DNA of 18,089 nucleotides from Candidatus Woesearchaeota archaeon (GCA_964383885.1 CAYLHY010000008.1:1-18089), one strand, 5' to 3'. Shown: positions 1-7,499, counted from the first letter of the stretch. The notes: a model not told the origin generated them from the letters alone. Made by a program: numbers and translations.

Positions 1-110
1 AATTTTCGGCATCCTCGCGACTTTGAGTTTTTGGGCTTCGCCGAACGTTTGCACCTCGCTCCGTCCAAATCCAGCCTAACGGCTGGACTTCGTTAAATTC
101 CGATGTTATG
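1..110. ncRNA. GC-rich, hairpin-rich segment cut by the window edge. Probably part of a structural RNA gene or an rRNA-operon processing stem; identity and strand unresolved.
   Basis: 55 of the first 110 nt are G/C (50%), against a strongly AT-rich background. Contains a CCAGCC-TAAC-GGCTGG hairpin at 71-86 and an inverted repeat TCGGC (6-10) / GCCGA (40-44). No ORF on either strand. Confidence 0.3.
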
Positions 111-196
111 CCAACAATAAATTTACAGAACCTTCTTTTCAATTTAAATAATCAAAAGCTAAATTAATGATAATGAGTCCACTGAAAAATACAAAA

Positions 197-205
197 CTTT
201 AAAAG
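197..205 (+). promoter_or_regulatory. Candidate TATA box (CTTTAAAAG) for the acidic-protein gene.
   Basis: Lies about 48 nt upstream of the ATG at 249. That would give a short leader containing the Shine-Dalgarno at 233-241. Confidence 0.35.
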
Positions 206-232
206 TGATTTTTTCTTTTGCTGGTTGTAATT

Positions 233-241
233 AAACGAGGT
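233..241 (+). promoter_or_regulatory. Shine-Dalgarno context AAACGAGGT.
   Basis: GAGGT sits 7 nt upstream of the ATG at 249. The identical 9-mer occurs upstream of the micro-ORF on the minus strand (1850-1858). Confidence 0.55.
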
Positions 242-248
242 ATGAAAA

Positions 249-683
249 ATGGAAGAACAAGAAACAAATGAAGCTACAATTCAGGAAGAACCTGTTGTAG
301 AAGAATCTTCAGAATCTAGTGAATCAGCTGAAGTTGAACAACCAGCTGAAGAAGCTTCAGAAACTAATGAAGCTGAATCTTCTGAATCAGAATCTTCAGA
401 GTCAGGAGAATTTAGTGAATCAACTGAAGAATCTGAACAACCAGCTGCTGAAACTGAATCAGCTGAAGAATCTTCAGAGTCAGGAGAATCTAGTGAATCA
501 ACTGAAGAATCAGAGTCAGCAGAAGAAAAACCAGCTGAGTCTGAATCAACTGAAGAATCTTCTGAAACTGAAGCTTCAGAAACTAGCGAATCAGTTGAAG
601 AAAAACCAGCTGAAGAGTCTTCTGAAGAATCTTCTGAATCAGCAGGTGAACCAGAATCAGAGGCTTCATCTGAATCAGAATAA
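249..683 (+). CDS. Poly-acidic Ser/Glu-rich low-complexity protein (144 aa), probably disordered.
   Basis: ATG preceded by GAGGT and followed by a T-rich tract. Composition is dominated by E and S (SESxE, EEKPAE repeats). No hydrophobic segment or signal peptide. GC content is locally higher than the surroundings. Confidence 0.6.
   Translation: MEEQETNEATIQEEPVVEESSESSESAEVEQPAEEASETNEAESSESESSESGEFSESTEESEQPAAETESAEESSESGESSESTEESESAEEKPAESESTEESSETEASETSESVEEKPAEESSEESSESAGEPESEASSESE
391..511. repeat. Near-perfect 43-nt direct repeat (391-433 and 469-511, period 78 nt) inside the acidic-protein gene.
   Basis: aatcttcagagtcaggagaatTtagtgaatcaactgaagaatc versus the same sequence with C at the capitalised position. 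A further shorter repeat, gaagaaaaaccagctga, occurs at 523-539 and 597-613. Confidence 0.85.
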
Positions 684-715
684 ATTTTGTTTTATTTTTT
701 ATTTTTTATTTTTTT
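684..715 (+). terminator. T-rich tract; candidate archaeal oligo-T terminator.
   Basis: Several T5-T7 runs lie directly after the stop codon at 681-683. Confidence 0.4.
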
Positions 716-752
716 CAATAATTTTATTAATTGATTATTTTTTATATTAGAG

Positions 753-1724
753 ATGAAAAATACTCAAAAGTTTGAAAAAGATAATTCTGAAAAAAATTTT
801 AATTTTTTTAATTATTTATTAAGCATAATTTTTCTTTTAATAATAATTTCTTTGTTAGGAGTGTATTATTTTGAGCCTTTTTCTAAGCTGGAATTCAGTG
901 TAAAGCCAGTAAATTATAATTTTAATTTAATTAATGAATCTAAAAAAATGCAATTTTATGATAATATGAGATTTCCTGAGAAAAATATAACTTATTATAT
1001 TGATAAGAATTGTTCCCTGAAAAAAAGACAAGACATGAAAGATGCATTTAAAATTATTGAAAATCTTACTGTTTTAAAATTTATTAATGAAACTCTTGAA
1101 AAAGCAGAAATTTCTGTTACATGTAATGAAACTGTTCATTACTATAAAAAAGGGATGTTTATTGCTGGAGAAGGAGGCCCAACACATGTTGTAAGAGCAG
1201 GTAATTTTAATGTTATTTTTTCCGGAACTATCCTTTTAATAAAAAGTTCTGATTGTGAAAGGCCAAATGTAGCTATTCATGAACTCTTGCATGTTTTAGG
1301 GTTCACTCACTCTGATAATCCCAATAATGTTATGTACAACTTTACTAAATGCTCGCAAGTAATTGGAGATGATACTATTGAGTTAATCAACAAGCTTTAT
1401 TCAATAGAAAGTCTTCCTGATTTAGTTTTTGAAGCAAATGAAACTAATGCAATGATGCATTCAAGGTACTTAGATATTAATATTACAATAAAAAATAATG
1501 GCTTAAAAAAAGCTCCAGAATCGAGAGTAAAAGTAATTGTTGATGGAAAGAAAATAAAAGAAATTTCTGTAGGAGAAATAGAAATTGGCAATGGAAAAGC
1601 AATATTTGTTCAAAATATATGGGTTAGCAAGTTAAATCCTAAAAAAATCGAATTAGTAATTGAAACAAATTACAAGGAATTAAACAAAGAAAATAATAGA
1701 ATTTATTTTGAAGTAAAAAAATAA
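753..1724 (+). CDS. Membrane-anchored matrixin-like metzincin zinc protease with a C-terminal CARDB-like beta domain.
   Basis: N-terminal TM helix FNYLLSIIFLLIIISLLGVYYF. Signature AIHELLHVLGFTHSDNPNNVMY, i.e. HExxHxxGxxH plus a Met-turn, close to the matrixin consensus. C-terminal segment INITIKNNGLKKAPESRVKVIVDGKKI... resembles CARDB-type surface domains. Confidence 0.85.
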   Translation: MKNTQKFEKDNSEKNFNFFNYLLSIIFLLIIISLLGVYYFEPFSKLEFSVKPVNYNFNLINESKKMQFYDNMRFPEKNITYYIDKNCSLKKRQDMKDAFKIIENLTVLKFINETLEKAEISVTCNETVHYYKKGMFIAGEGGPTHVVRAGNFNVIFSGTILLIKSSDCERPNVAIHELLHVLGFTHSDNPNNVMYNFTKCSQVIGDDTIELINKLYSIESLPDLVFEANETNAMMHSRYLDINITIKNNGLKKAPESRVKVIVDGKKIKEISVGEIEIGNGKAIFVQNIWVSKLNPKKIELVIETNYKELNKENNRIYFEVKK

Positions 1725-1748
1725 AAAATGAAAAAATAAAAAAGAGAA

Positions 1749-1841
1749 TCAATCATCTAAAAAATCTAATTCATCCATGGATGTTTCATCTTCAAATTCA
1801 TCAAAATCTTCTTCATCGAATTCTTTGAATTCTTCTTCCAT
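1749..1841 (-). CDS. Candidate micro-protein, 30 aa, extremely acidic and aromatic: MEEEFKEFDEEDFDEFEDETSMDELDFLDD.
   Basis: Hand translation of the minus strand: ATG (plus-strand cat at 1839-1841) to TGA (tca at 1749-1751). GAGGT lies 8 nt upstream within the 9-mer AAACGAGGT. It falls below the size cut-off of the ORF track. Confidence 0.35.
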   Translation of the reverse strand: MEEEFKEFDEEDFDEFEDETSMDELDFLDD

Positions 1842-1849
1842 TAAAATCA

Positions 1850-1858
1850 ACCTCGTTT
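1850..1858 (-). promoter_or_regulatory. Shine-Dalgarno context AAACGAGGT for the micro-ORF.
   Basis: The plus strand reads acctcgttt. This is the same 9-mer as at 233-241. Confidence 0.4.
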
Positions 1859-1941
1859 TTTAAATTGATTTCTTAAAAAATATCTAGTTTATAAGCATTT
1901 CGAAATTATAAAACTATTTTAAGATTATAATTTTTAGAGTT

Positions 1942-2283
1942 TTATCTTTTACCTTTTTTTAATTTTCTTCCTTTTGTCCATATAAAGACAGCTATTAAAA
2001 AAAATGTAATCCCTCCGAGCAGATTTCCAGCTAGTATACTGCCTAAAGTAATTAGTAAAAATTTGCCAGCTAAAAAAGTAAGCATAGTTCCAAAAATTAT
2101 CATCCATGCTATTCCTTTTTTTCTAAATAAAACTCCGTTGAATACTGCCAGTGAGATTGAGAAAAGATACATTATTCCTGTAAACAACCCTAAAGAAAAC
2201 ATTAAGCTGGAAAATAAATAAAGTATTATTAATTCAAATAATATCCTAAAAAAACTTAATCTTTTTTTCCTGGATTTTTTCAT
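1942..2283 (-). CDS. Small integral membrane protein (113 aa, about 4 TM helices, basic termini).
   Basis: ATG start, hydrophobic helices, Lys/Arg-rich N and C termini. No recognisable family motif. Confidence 0.65.
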   Translation of the reverse strand: MKKSRKKRLSFFRILFELIILYLFSSLMFSLGLFTGIMYLFSISLAVFNGVLFRKKGIAWMIIFGTMLTFLAGKFLLITLGSILAGNLLGGITFFLIAVFIWTKGRKLKKGKR

Positions 2284-2300
2284 TTTTTAATTTCAAATAA

Positions 2301-2309
2301 AATAAAAAA
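2301..2309 (-). terminator. Oligo-T tract immediately after tRNA-Tyr.
   Basis: The minus strand reads TTTTTTATT directly after discriminator A73. No CCA is encoded. Confidence 0.5.
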
Positions 2310-2457
2310 TCCCCCCGCCAAGATTCGAACTTGGGATCTCCCGGGTGCTGCTTCCAGGATTCTGGCTTATCAGGTTTCACAGTTTTTCAATGAATATGAA
2401 ATCTCCACCCTAGATAAAATCTACAGCCAGGCGCTCTAACCACTGAGCTACGGGGGG
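2310..2457 (-). tRNA. tRNA-Tyr: tRNA-Tyr (anticodon GTA) with a 75-nt intron at or next to the canonical 37/38 position.
   Basis: Hand fold: acceptor CCCCCCG/CGGGGGG with C1-G72 and A73 (archaeal Tyr identity); D arm GCTC-AGTGGTTA-GAGC; anticodon stem CCTGG/CCGGG; loop CT-GTA-G(C); variable loop AGATC; T arm CCAAG-TTCGAAT-CTTGG. The mature length would be 73 nt. Confidence 0.85.
2346..2420 (-). other. tRNA-Tyr intron (about 75 nt; junctions ambiguous by 1 nt).
   Basis: This is the segment between anticodon-loop position 37 and exon 2 (C-CCGGG-AGATC-T arm). It contains AGCCAG and TCCTGG, which are complementary to exon 1 and exon 2 stem strands. Confidence 0.7.
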
Positions 2458-2506
2458 TTAATTGAGTTTAATTAAAAGTTGTTTTAAATTTTTAAAGATT
2501 TCTAAT

Positions 2507-3172
2507 TCAAGGAATTGTTAGAATCTCGCTTAATCTTTTAGGAGAAGATGCAACAGGAAATCCATTGTTTTCTTTAAATCTCCCCCAGCCATAGTTTACT
2601 CCAATAAAATTAACTCCTGATTCAAGAGCAGATTCTAAATCATAATTAGAATCTCCAACAAAATAAATTTCTCTTAATGGAATTGATTCAACCTTAGACA
2701 AATAAATAAAATAATTTGATTTTTCTGAGCCATAATTTTTTTCTAATTCTTCTTTTCCAATAACAGATTCAAATAAACTAATTGAAATTCCTTCTCTTTC
2801 TAGTATTGGAATTATATTTTCTGCACTGTTAAGAGATAGTATCTGTTGCCTGTGTTTTTCATTTATTTTTTTCAATAATTTTTTTATTCCTTTAAAAGTC
2901 CTTACAGGATATTTTTGACTGCTGAACAATTGAGTATATATAGAATATACTTCTTGACATTCCTCTTCAGAGAATTCATTTTGAATTAAAAATTCAGTCA
3001 TAGTATGAGCTTTAAAAATTCTTCTTATTTTTTCTTTTTCTAATGGAATTGGATAGATAGGATTATTAACATGACCAAATTTCTCAAACATATCATTAAA
3101 GAACATTGCTGTTGGTATTAAAGTATCTCCAAGAGTTCCATCCCAATCATAAACAATTAATTTCCTTTTCAT
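2507..3172 (-). CDS. HAD-superfamily hydrolase (HAD-IA, phosphatase-like).
   Basis: Motif I is VYDWDGTLGDT (DxDGT). Motif IV is VGDSNYDLESA (GDxxxD). A cap-like helical region lies between them. Confidence 0.85.
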   Translation of the reverse strand: MKRKLIVYDWDGTLGDTLIPTAMFFNDMFEKFGHVNNPIYPIPLEKEKIRRIFKAHTMTEFLIQNEFSEEECQEVYSIYTQLFSSQKYPVRTFKGIKKLLKKINEKHRQQILSLNSAENIIPILEREGISISLFESVIGKEELEKNYGSEKSNYFIYLSKVESIPLREIYFVGDSNYDLESALESGVNFIGVNYGWGRFKENNGFPVASSPKRLSEILTIP

Positions 3173-3190
3173 TTATTACATATTTATAAT

Positions 3191-4594
3191 TTACTCTATA
3201 TCTTCTGATTTCTGCTCAGCAATAAAGAAAGCTTTGTTTGATTCAGATTCTTTGATTTTTCCGAGTCTTTGATATATTGCAGTTGCAGGAGGTAATGCAA
3301 ACTTGCCCATTACTCCTATTTTTTTAGAGTAAATTATGTAGGATAAAATCCTAACTTCTCCTGCTTCTAATTTTTCAAAATCCCATTCTATAAGTCTAGC
3401 TTCATGACTTATTCTTGAAGGTTTTTCACTTCCAAATCTTTCATAAACTTTCATTAAACTTGGAAGTCTGTCAACAATATTAACTCTTTCAACGTATTTA
3501 GAAGCATAAACATGCAGAGTTACTTTTAGTGCGAATTCCCCTCCTTTTGCCCTAACAAAACTAACTTTTTTTCTTATCTGAACATCTGTATTAACGTATT
3601 GTTTGACCATAATAACTATAAATGCAATCAATAAAATTATTAACAATGGATAAAACCAATTAGTTTTTACTCTTATTTCAAATGTTTCTCCTGGTTTTAT
3701 TTTTTGATTCCATGTGTAATAAGTAAAGAATCCTTTTCTTTCAACTATATCTGGTTCTGGGCTGAAACTTGTAAATAATCTGGAAATAATGTTTTTTTTA
3801 ATTATTGTATCTGAACTTTCAATTGTATTCCCTTGATTTGTTTTTTGAATTATATGAGTGTTTATTAATATTCCAGAACTTTTTTCAGTTGTTTCTATGA
3901 TATTTTCTTCAACAAATCTAATTTTTCCTTCTATTTCTGCATTTAAATTTTCAATTGATACTTTAGCTGTTAAAGTATAAAATCCTGCAACTAACTCTTT
4001 AAAATTGTTTTTATTTAATTCAACTGTAAATTCTTTTTTTTCGTTTGGACTCAGGTCAAGAGTTTCTTTTAAATCAAAAAATTGAGAAAGAAATCTTACG
4101 TTTAAGTCTTTAAAATTAAATTTTTCTTTATTATGTATGTAGATGTGAGCAAAATTTGAAGAAGGATTTATATCTTCAGAGCCTATTTCAAAAGCATCAG
4201 ATAATTCTACAATCTTCAAAACAAGTTGTTCTTCTTGTTCAGATTTATCGCTTTCTGCTCTTATGAAGTACTGCAAGGCATAATAATTTTTAACATCTAA
4301 ATCTTTTCTTGGATAGACTGTTAAGGTGATTATTTTTGATTCTCCCTTTCCAATAAATATTGATTCTTTTGGTTCCATGATAAAACCAAGCAAATTATAA
4401 AAAATAAAATTATCAGACTGTCCATTGTTAGTAACATTAAGATTGATTTTTGCAGGTTGATTTAATCCTTTAATTATAACATCCTGAGAATCAAGCTTAT
4501 CAATTGAAACATCTATAGCATTAACGAATGATATTGAATAAAGGATAGCAATTGCAATAACGATGACAAACACGTTTAATTTTGATTTTTTCAT
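3191..4594 (-). CDS. Surface/membrane protein (467 aa): signal peptide, beta-rich ectodomain, one mid-chain TM helix and a C-terminal domain of about 135 aa.
   Basis: Signal-like N-terminus MKKSKLNVFVIVIAIAILYSISFVNA. CARDB-like stretch INLNVTNNGQSDNF. TM helix WFYPLLIILLIAFIVIMV. C-terminal beta-sandwich-like pattern DRLPS...LIEWDFEKLEAGEVRILSYIIY. Confidence 0.7.
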   Translation of the reverse strand: MKKSKLNVFVIVIAIAILYSISFVNAIDVSIDKLDSQDVIIKGLNQPAKINLNVTNNGQSDNFIFYNLLGFIMEPKESIFIGKGESKIITLTVYPRKDLDVKNYYALQYFIRAESDKSEQEEQLVLKIVELSDAFEIGSEDINPSSNFAHIYIHNKEKFNFKDLNVRFLSQFFDLKETLDLSPNEKKEFTVELNKNNFKELVAGFYTLTAKVSIENLNAEIEGKIRFVEENIIETTEKSSGILINTHIIQKTNQGNTIESSDTIIKKNIISRLFTSFSPEPDIVERKGFFTYYTWNQKIKPGETFEIRVKTNWFYPLLIILLIAFIVIMVKQYVNTDVQIRKKVSFVRAKGGEFALKVTLHVYASKYVERVNIVDRLPSLMKVYERFGSEKPSRISHEARLIEWDFEKLEAGEVRILSYIIYSKKIGVMGKFALPPATAIYQRLGKIKESESNKAFFIAEQKSEDIE

Positions 4595-4609
4595 ATGAAA
4601 AAAGTAAAG

Positions 4610-4624
4610 GGAATTATATTTAAG
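4610..4624 (-). promoter_or_regulatory. Candidate TATA box (minus strand CCTTAAATATAATTC) for the surface-protein gene.
   Basis: Centred about 23 nt upstream of the ATG at 4594, implying a leaderless or very short-leader mRNA. Confidence 0.4.
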
Positions 4625-4702
4625 GATTTCGGTAATAGAAGTAAGATATTTAAATGACTTTTTATTATTTTATTTGTAAAATTTTATAAAAATGATTATA
4701 AA

Positions 4703-5206
4703 ATGACAGAAAAAGACACAATTTTTTCAAGCAGTCTGAAATATGTAGGAATATTCAATTTTCCAGATTTTTATAAATTTTGCTATGATTGGCTTGTTGA
4801 AGAATTTGAATTATTTTTAATAGAAACCAAGTATGTTGAAAAACTTAAAGGAGATTCAAAAGAGATTGATATTGAATGGGAGGGAGTTAAAGAAGTCACA
4901 GATTACTTCAAGTGGCAAGTAAAAGTTGTTTTTAAAATTCTGGGACTTAAAAAAATAGAGATTGAAAGAAATGGTGTAAAGGAAAAAACAAATGAAGGAA
5001 ATGTTAAAATGAGTATTAAAGGCATACTTTTAAGAGATTATAAAGGAAAATTTGAAAAAAATGCTTTTCAGAAATTCTTGAGAGCTATTTATGAAAAATG
5101 GATAATTCCTTCAAGAATCGAAGAATATGAAGAAAAATTAGCAGGAAAATGCGATGAATTTTTAGCTCAAGCAAAAGCATATCTTGATTTAGAAGGAAAA
5201 CACTAG
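4703..5206 (+). CDS. Hypothetical cytoplasmic protein (167 aa, Lys/Glu-rich).
   Basis: Long ORF with an ATG start and no overlap with other genes. No motif I can recognise. Confidence 0.6.
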   Translation: MTEKDTIFSSSLKYVGIFNFPDFYKFCYDWLVEEFELFLIETKYVEKLKGDSKEIDIEWEGVKEVTDYFKWQVKVVFKILGLKKIEIERNGVKEKTNEGNVKMSIKGILLRDYKGKFEKNAFQKFLRAIYEKWIIPSRIEEYEEKLAGKCDEFLAQAKAYLDLEGKH

Positions 5207-5218
5207 CAACTTTAAAAT

Positions 5219-5782
5219 TTAGGAATTCATGCATGAACTGCAAACAAGCATTCCATTGAAATGAAATAAATAATCAAAATTTCCGCATTCTTCACAAATT
5301 CCTTCTCCTTCAGAAATCCTTCTTTGTTTAGCTTTTTTAAGTCTCTTTATTTTTTCATCCCATTCTCTTATTTGATTGTATTCTCTCATCTCAGGAAATA
5401 AAGCAGGATTAAAATTAAATATGTCTTTTAATGTGATTAATCCTACTAACTCTCCTTGATGAATCACAGGAAGCCTCGCAAATTTGACTTTTTTAATTTT
5501 TTTAATAGCATACTCTAAGTTTTTTAATGGGGATATTGTTGCTATTTTTCTTGGAGAAATATCAATAGCTTTTATTTTAGAAAGTTCTTCTTTTGGTCTT
5601 TTCACTAAAGCCCAAAGTATGTCTTTTCTTGAGATAATCCCTACAAGTTTTTTTCCTTCTACAAGCAGTAAACTTCCTGTTTGTTTTTTAATCATTATTT
5701 TAGCGCATTTTAAAAGATTAGTTTCTGGAGGAATAGTAAATGGATTTCGAGTCATTATGTCTGCAACAAGTATATTTTTCAT
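5219..5782 (-). CDS. CBS-domain pair protein with a C-terminal CxxC...CxxC zinc ribbon.
   Basis: Two CBS repeats (IMTRNPFTI...LVGIISRKDIL and ISPRKIATI...LVGLITLKDIF). C-terminal CEECGNFDYLFHFNGMLVCSSC. The first codon of the track ORF at 5794 is TTG. The first ATG is at 5782 (MKNILVADIMT) and a TATA-like box lies about 26 nt upstream, so I prefer 5782 as the start. Confidence 0.85.
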   Translation of the reverse strand: MKNILVADIMTRNPFTIPPETNLLKCAKIMIKKQTGSLLLVEGKKLVGIISRKDILWALVKRPKEELSKIKAIDISPRKIATISPLKNLEYAIKKIKKVKFARLPVIHQGELVGLITLKDIFNFNPALFPEMREYNQIREWDEKIKRLKKAKQRRISEGEGICEECGNFDYLFHFNGMLVCSSCMNS

Positions 5783-5850
5783 TATAATTTTCAAGGGTTT
5801 AAACCTTATAAAATTTTATTTTCTTATTGATAATTACTTTTTATTATAAT

Positions 5851-5862
5851 AATATTTAAATA
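5851..5862 (+). promoter_or_regulatory. Candidate TATA box (AATATTTAAATA) for the thermosome gene.
   Basis: Centred about 28 nt upstream of the ATG at 5885. No Shine-Dalgarno is present, which suggests a leaderless transcript. Confidence 0.45.
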
Positions 5863-5884
5863 ACCTTATTAGAATTTTTTTTAT

Positions 5885-7498
5885 ATGTCTGACAAGCCAG
5901 TGATTCTAATGCCTGAAGATATTCAAAGAATTATTGGAAAAGACGCTCAGAGAAACAATATTCTAGCTGCTAAAATGGTTTCTGAAATGATTAAAACTAC
6001 TTTAGGCCCTAAAGGAATGGATAAAATGCTTGTTTCTCCGACAAATGACATAATCATAACTAATGATGGTGTTACAATATTAGATGAAATGCAGATAGAA
6101 CATCCTGCGGCAAAAATGATGGTGGAAATAGCTAAAACTCAAGAATCAGAAGTAGGAGATGGAACAACTACTGCAGTAATGATTGCTGGAAAGCTTTTAG
6201 AAAATGCTGAGAAGCTCCTTGACCAGAGAATTCATCCAACTGTTATAACAAAAGGATATAGATTAGCAGCTGAAAAAGCTCAAGAAATTTTAAAAGAAGT
6301 TTCATTAAGAATTACTTCTGAAGATGAAGAAACATTAAAACAAATAGCTATGACTGCTATGACTGGCAAGGGAGCTGAAAGCAGCAAGGAAAAATTTGCA
6401 GAGATAATTGTTAATGCAATAAAACAAGTTGAATTTCAAGGAAGTGTTGATTTAAAAAACATTAAAATCGAAAAAATTAAAGGAGATGGAATTGAAGATA
6501 CTGAATTAATTTCAGGAATTGTTTTAGATAAAGAAAGAATTTCCTCTGAAATGCCTGTTAGAGTAGAAAACTGCAAAATAGCTTTAATAGATTTCCCATT
6601 GGAATTAAAAAATCCAGAGATTGATACTAAAATTTCTATAACAAGTCCAGAACAGCTTCAGAATTTTCTCAATGAAGAAGAAAAAACAATAACTAATATG
6701 GTTGAAAAAGTAAAAGCTACTGGAGCTAATGTTGTATTTTGTCAGAAAGGTGTTGATGATTTTGCGCAGTATTTATTTGCTAAAGATGGAATTTATGTGT
6801 GCAGAAGAGTTTCTAAAGATGATATGGAAAAAATCGCAAAAGCAACCAGCGGAAGAATTGTAAGCAATATTAATGAGTTAAGCCCTTTTGAGCTTGGGGA
6901 ATGCAAAATTGTGGAAGAAGTTGTTCATGGAGAAGAGAGTTATACTTACATAAAAGGATGTAAAAATCCTAAAGCAGTAACTATACTAATTCACGGAGGT
7001 TCAGAACATGTTATAGATGAAATAGAAAGAGCAATAAAAGACGGTTTAGGAGATGTTGCTTCTTCTTTAAAAAATAAATTAGTTGTTCCAGGTGGAGGCG
7101 CAATTGAAATTGAATTATCCAAAAGATTAAGAGAATTTTCTCAGGGATTAAGCGGCAGAGAACAATTAGCTGTAGAGGAATTTGCATCTGCTTTGGAATT
7201 TATTCCTGTGACTTTAGCTGAAAATGCTGGATTAGATCCAATAGATATTCTCACTGAATTAAAGGCTAAACACGATGCTGGAGATAAAAATGCTGGATTA
7301 AATCTTTTTACAAATAAAATTGATAATGTTCTTGAAGCAAGAATAATTGAGCCAACAAAAATAAAAATTCAAGCAATTAATTCAGCTAGTGAAGTAGCAG
7401 TTATGATTTTAAGAATAGATGATGTAATTGCTTCTACAGGAAAGAAAAAAGGCATGAATTCTCTTTCTGGAGGAATTCCTAAGGCAGAAGATTTTTAA
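5885..7498 (+). CDS. ths: Thermosome subunit (group II chaperonin, Cpn60/TCP-1 family).
   Basis: Classical motifs [33 protein letters not shown] and VPGGGAIE. Length is 537 aa. Confidence 0.97.
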   Translation: MSDKPVILMPEDIQRIIGKDAQRNNILAAKMVSEMIKTTLGPKGMDKMLVSPTNDIIITNDGVTILDEMQIEHPAAKMMVEIAKTQESEVGDGTTTAVMIAGKLLENAEKLLDQRIHPTVITKGYRLAAEKAQEILKEVSLRITSEDEETLKQIAMTAMTGKGAESSKEKFAEIIVNAIKQVEFQGSVDLKNIKIEKIKGDGIEDTELISGIVLDKERISSEMPVRVENCKIALIDFPLELKNPEIDTKISITSPEQLQNFLNEEEKTITNMVEKVKATGANVVFCQKGVDDFAQYLFAKDGIYVCRRVSKDDMEKIAKATSGRIVSNINELSPFELGECKIVEEVVHGEESYTYIKGCKNPKAVTILIHGGSEHVIDEIERAIKDGLGDVASSLKNKLVVPGGGAIEIELSKRLREFSQGLSGREQLAVEEFASALEFIPVTLAENAGLDPIDILTELKAKHDAGDKNAGLNLFTNKIDNVLEARIIEPTKIKIQAINSASEVAVMILRIDDVIASTGKKKGMNSLSGGIPKAEDF

Positions 7499-7499
7499 G

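Noticed and set aside
1-30. The minus strand GCGAGGATGCC resembles the GGATGCC box near the 5' end of 23S rRNA.
   Set aside because: The flanking bases (GAAAATT instead of YTGGC) do not match this well-conserved region. It is too short to call an rRNA start, so it is kept only as an unresolved RNA-like fragment.
167-185. C/D-box-like string ATGATAATGAGTCCACTGA (imperfect C box plus CUGA).
   Set aside because: The boxes are only 8 nt apart. There are no C'/D' boxes, no terminal stem and no room for a 10-12 nt guide. It is probably chance in AT-rich DNA.
319-750. 143-aa ORF in the +2 frame overlapping the poly-acidic gene (NQLK-rich).
   Set aside because: It is a frame-shifted shadow of the repetitive GAA/TCT-rich sequence. 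It has no SD or promoter of its own, and its product is an implausible low-complexity polypeptide ending in the T-rich terminator.
1397-1591. 64-aa antisense ORF inside the metzincin gene.
   Set aside because: It lies entirely within a motif-supported gene on the opposite strand and has no signals of its own. It is a typical AT-rich antisense artefact.
2346-2420. Possible C/D-box sRNA embedded in the tRNA-Tyr intron, as known for some archaeal tRNA-Trp introns.
   Set aside because: Only a CUGA (D-box-like) is present. The best C-box candidate, GUGGAGA, has two mismatches to RUGAUGA, and no k-turn-forming arrangement is evident.
5783-5794. N-terminal extension of the CBS gene from the track start at 5794.
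   Set aside because: The codon at 5792-5794 is TTG, not ATG. The ATG at 5782 has a TATA-like box at the standard distance of about 26 nt, so the shorter form is preferred.
5484-5849. 121-aa ORF antisense to the CBS-domain gene.
   Set aside because: It overlaps a gene with clear CBS and zinc-ribbon motifs. Its Phe/Ile/Leu-rich product is characteristic of the antisense of Lys/Glu-rich coding sequence.
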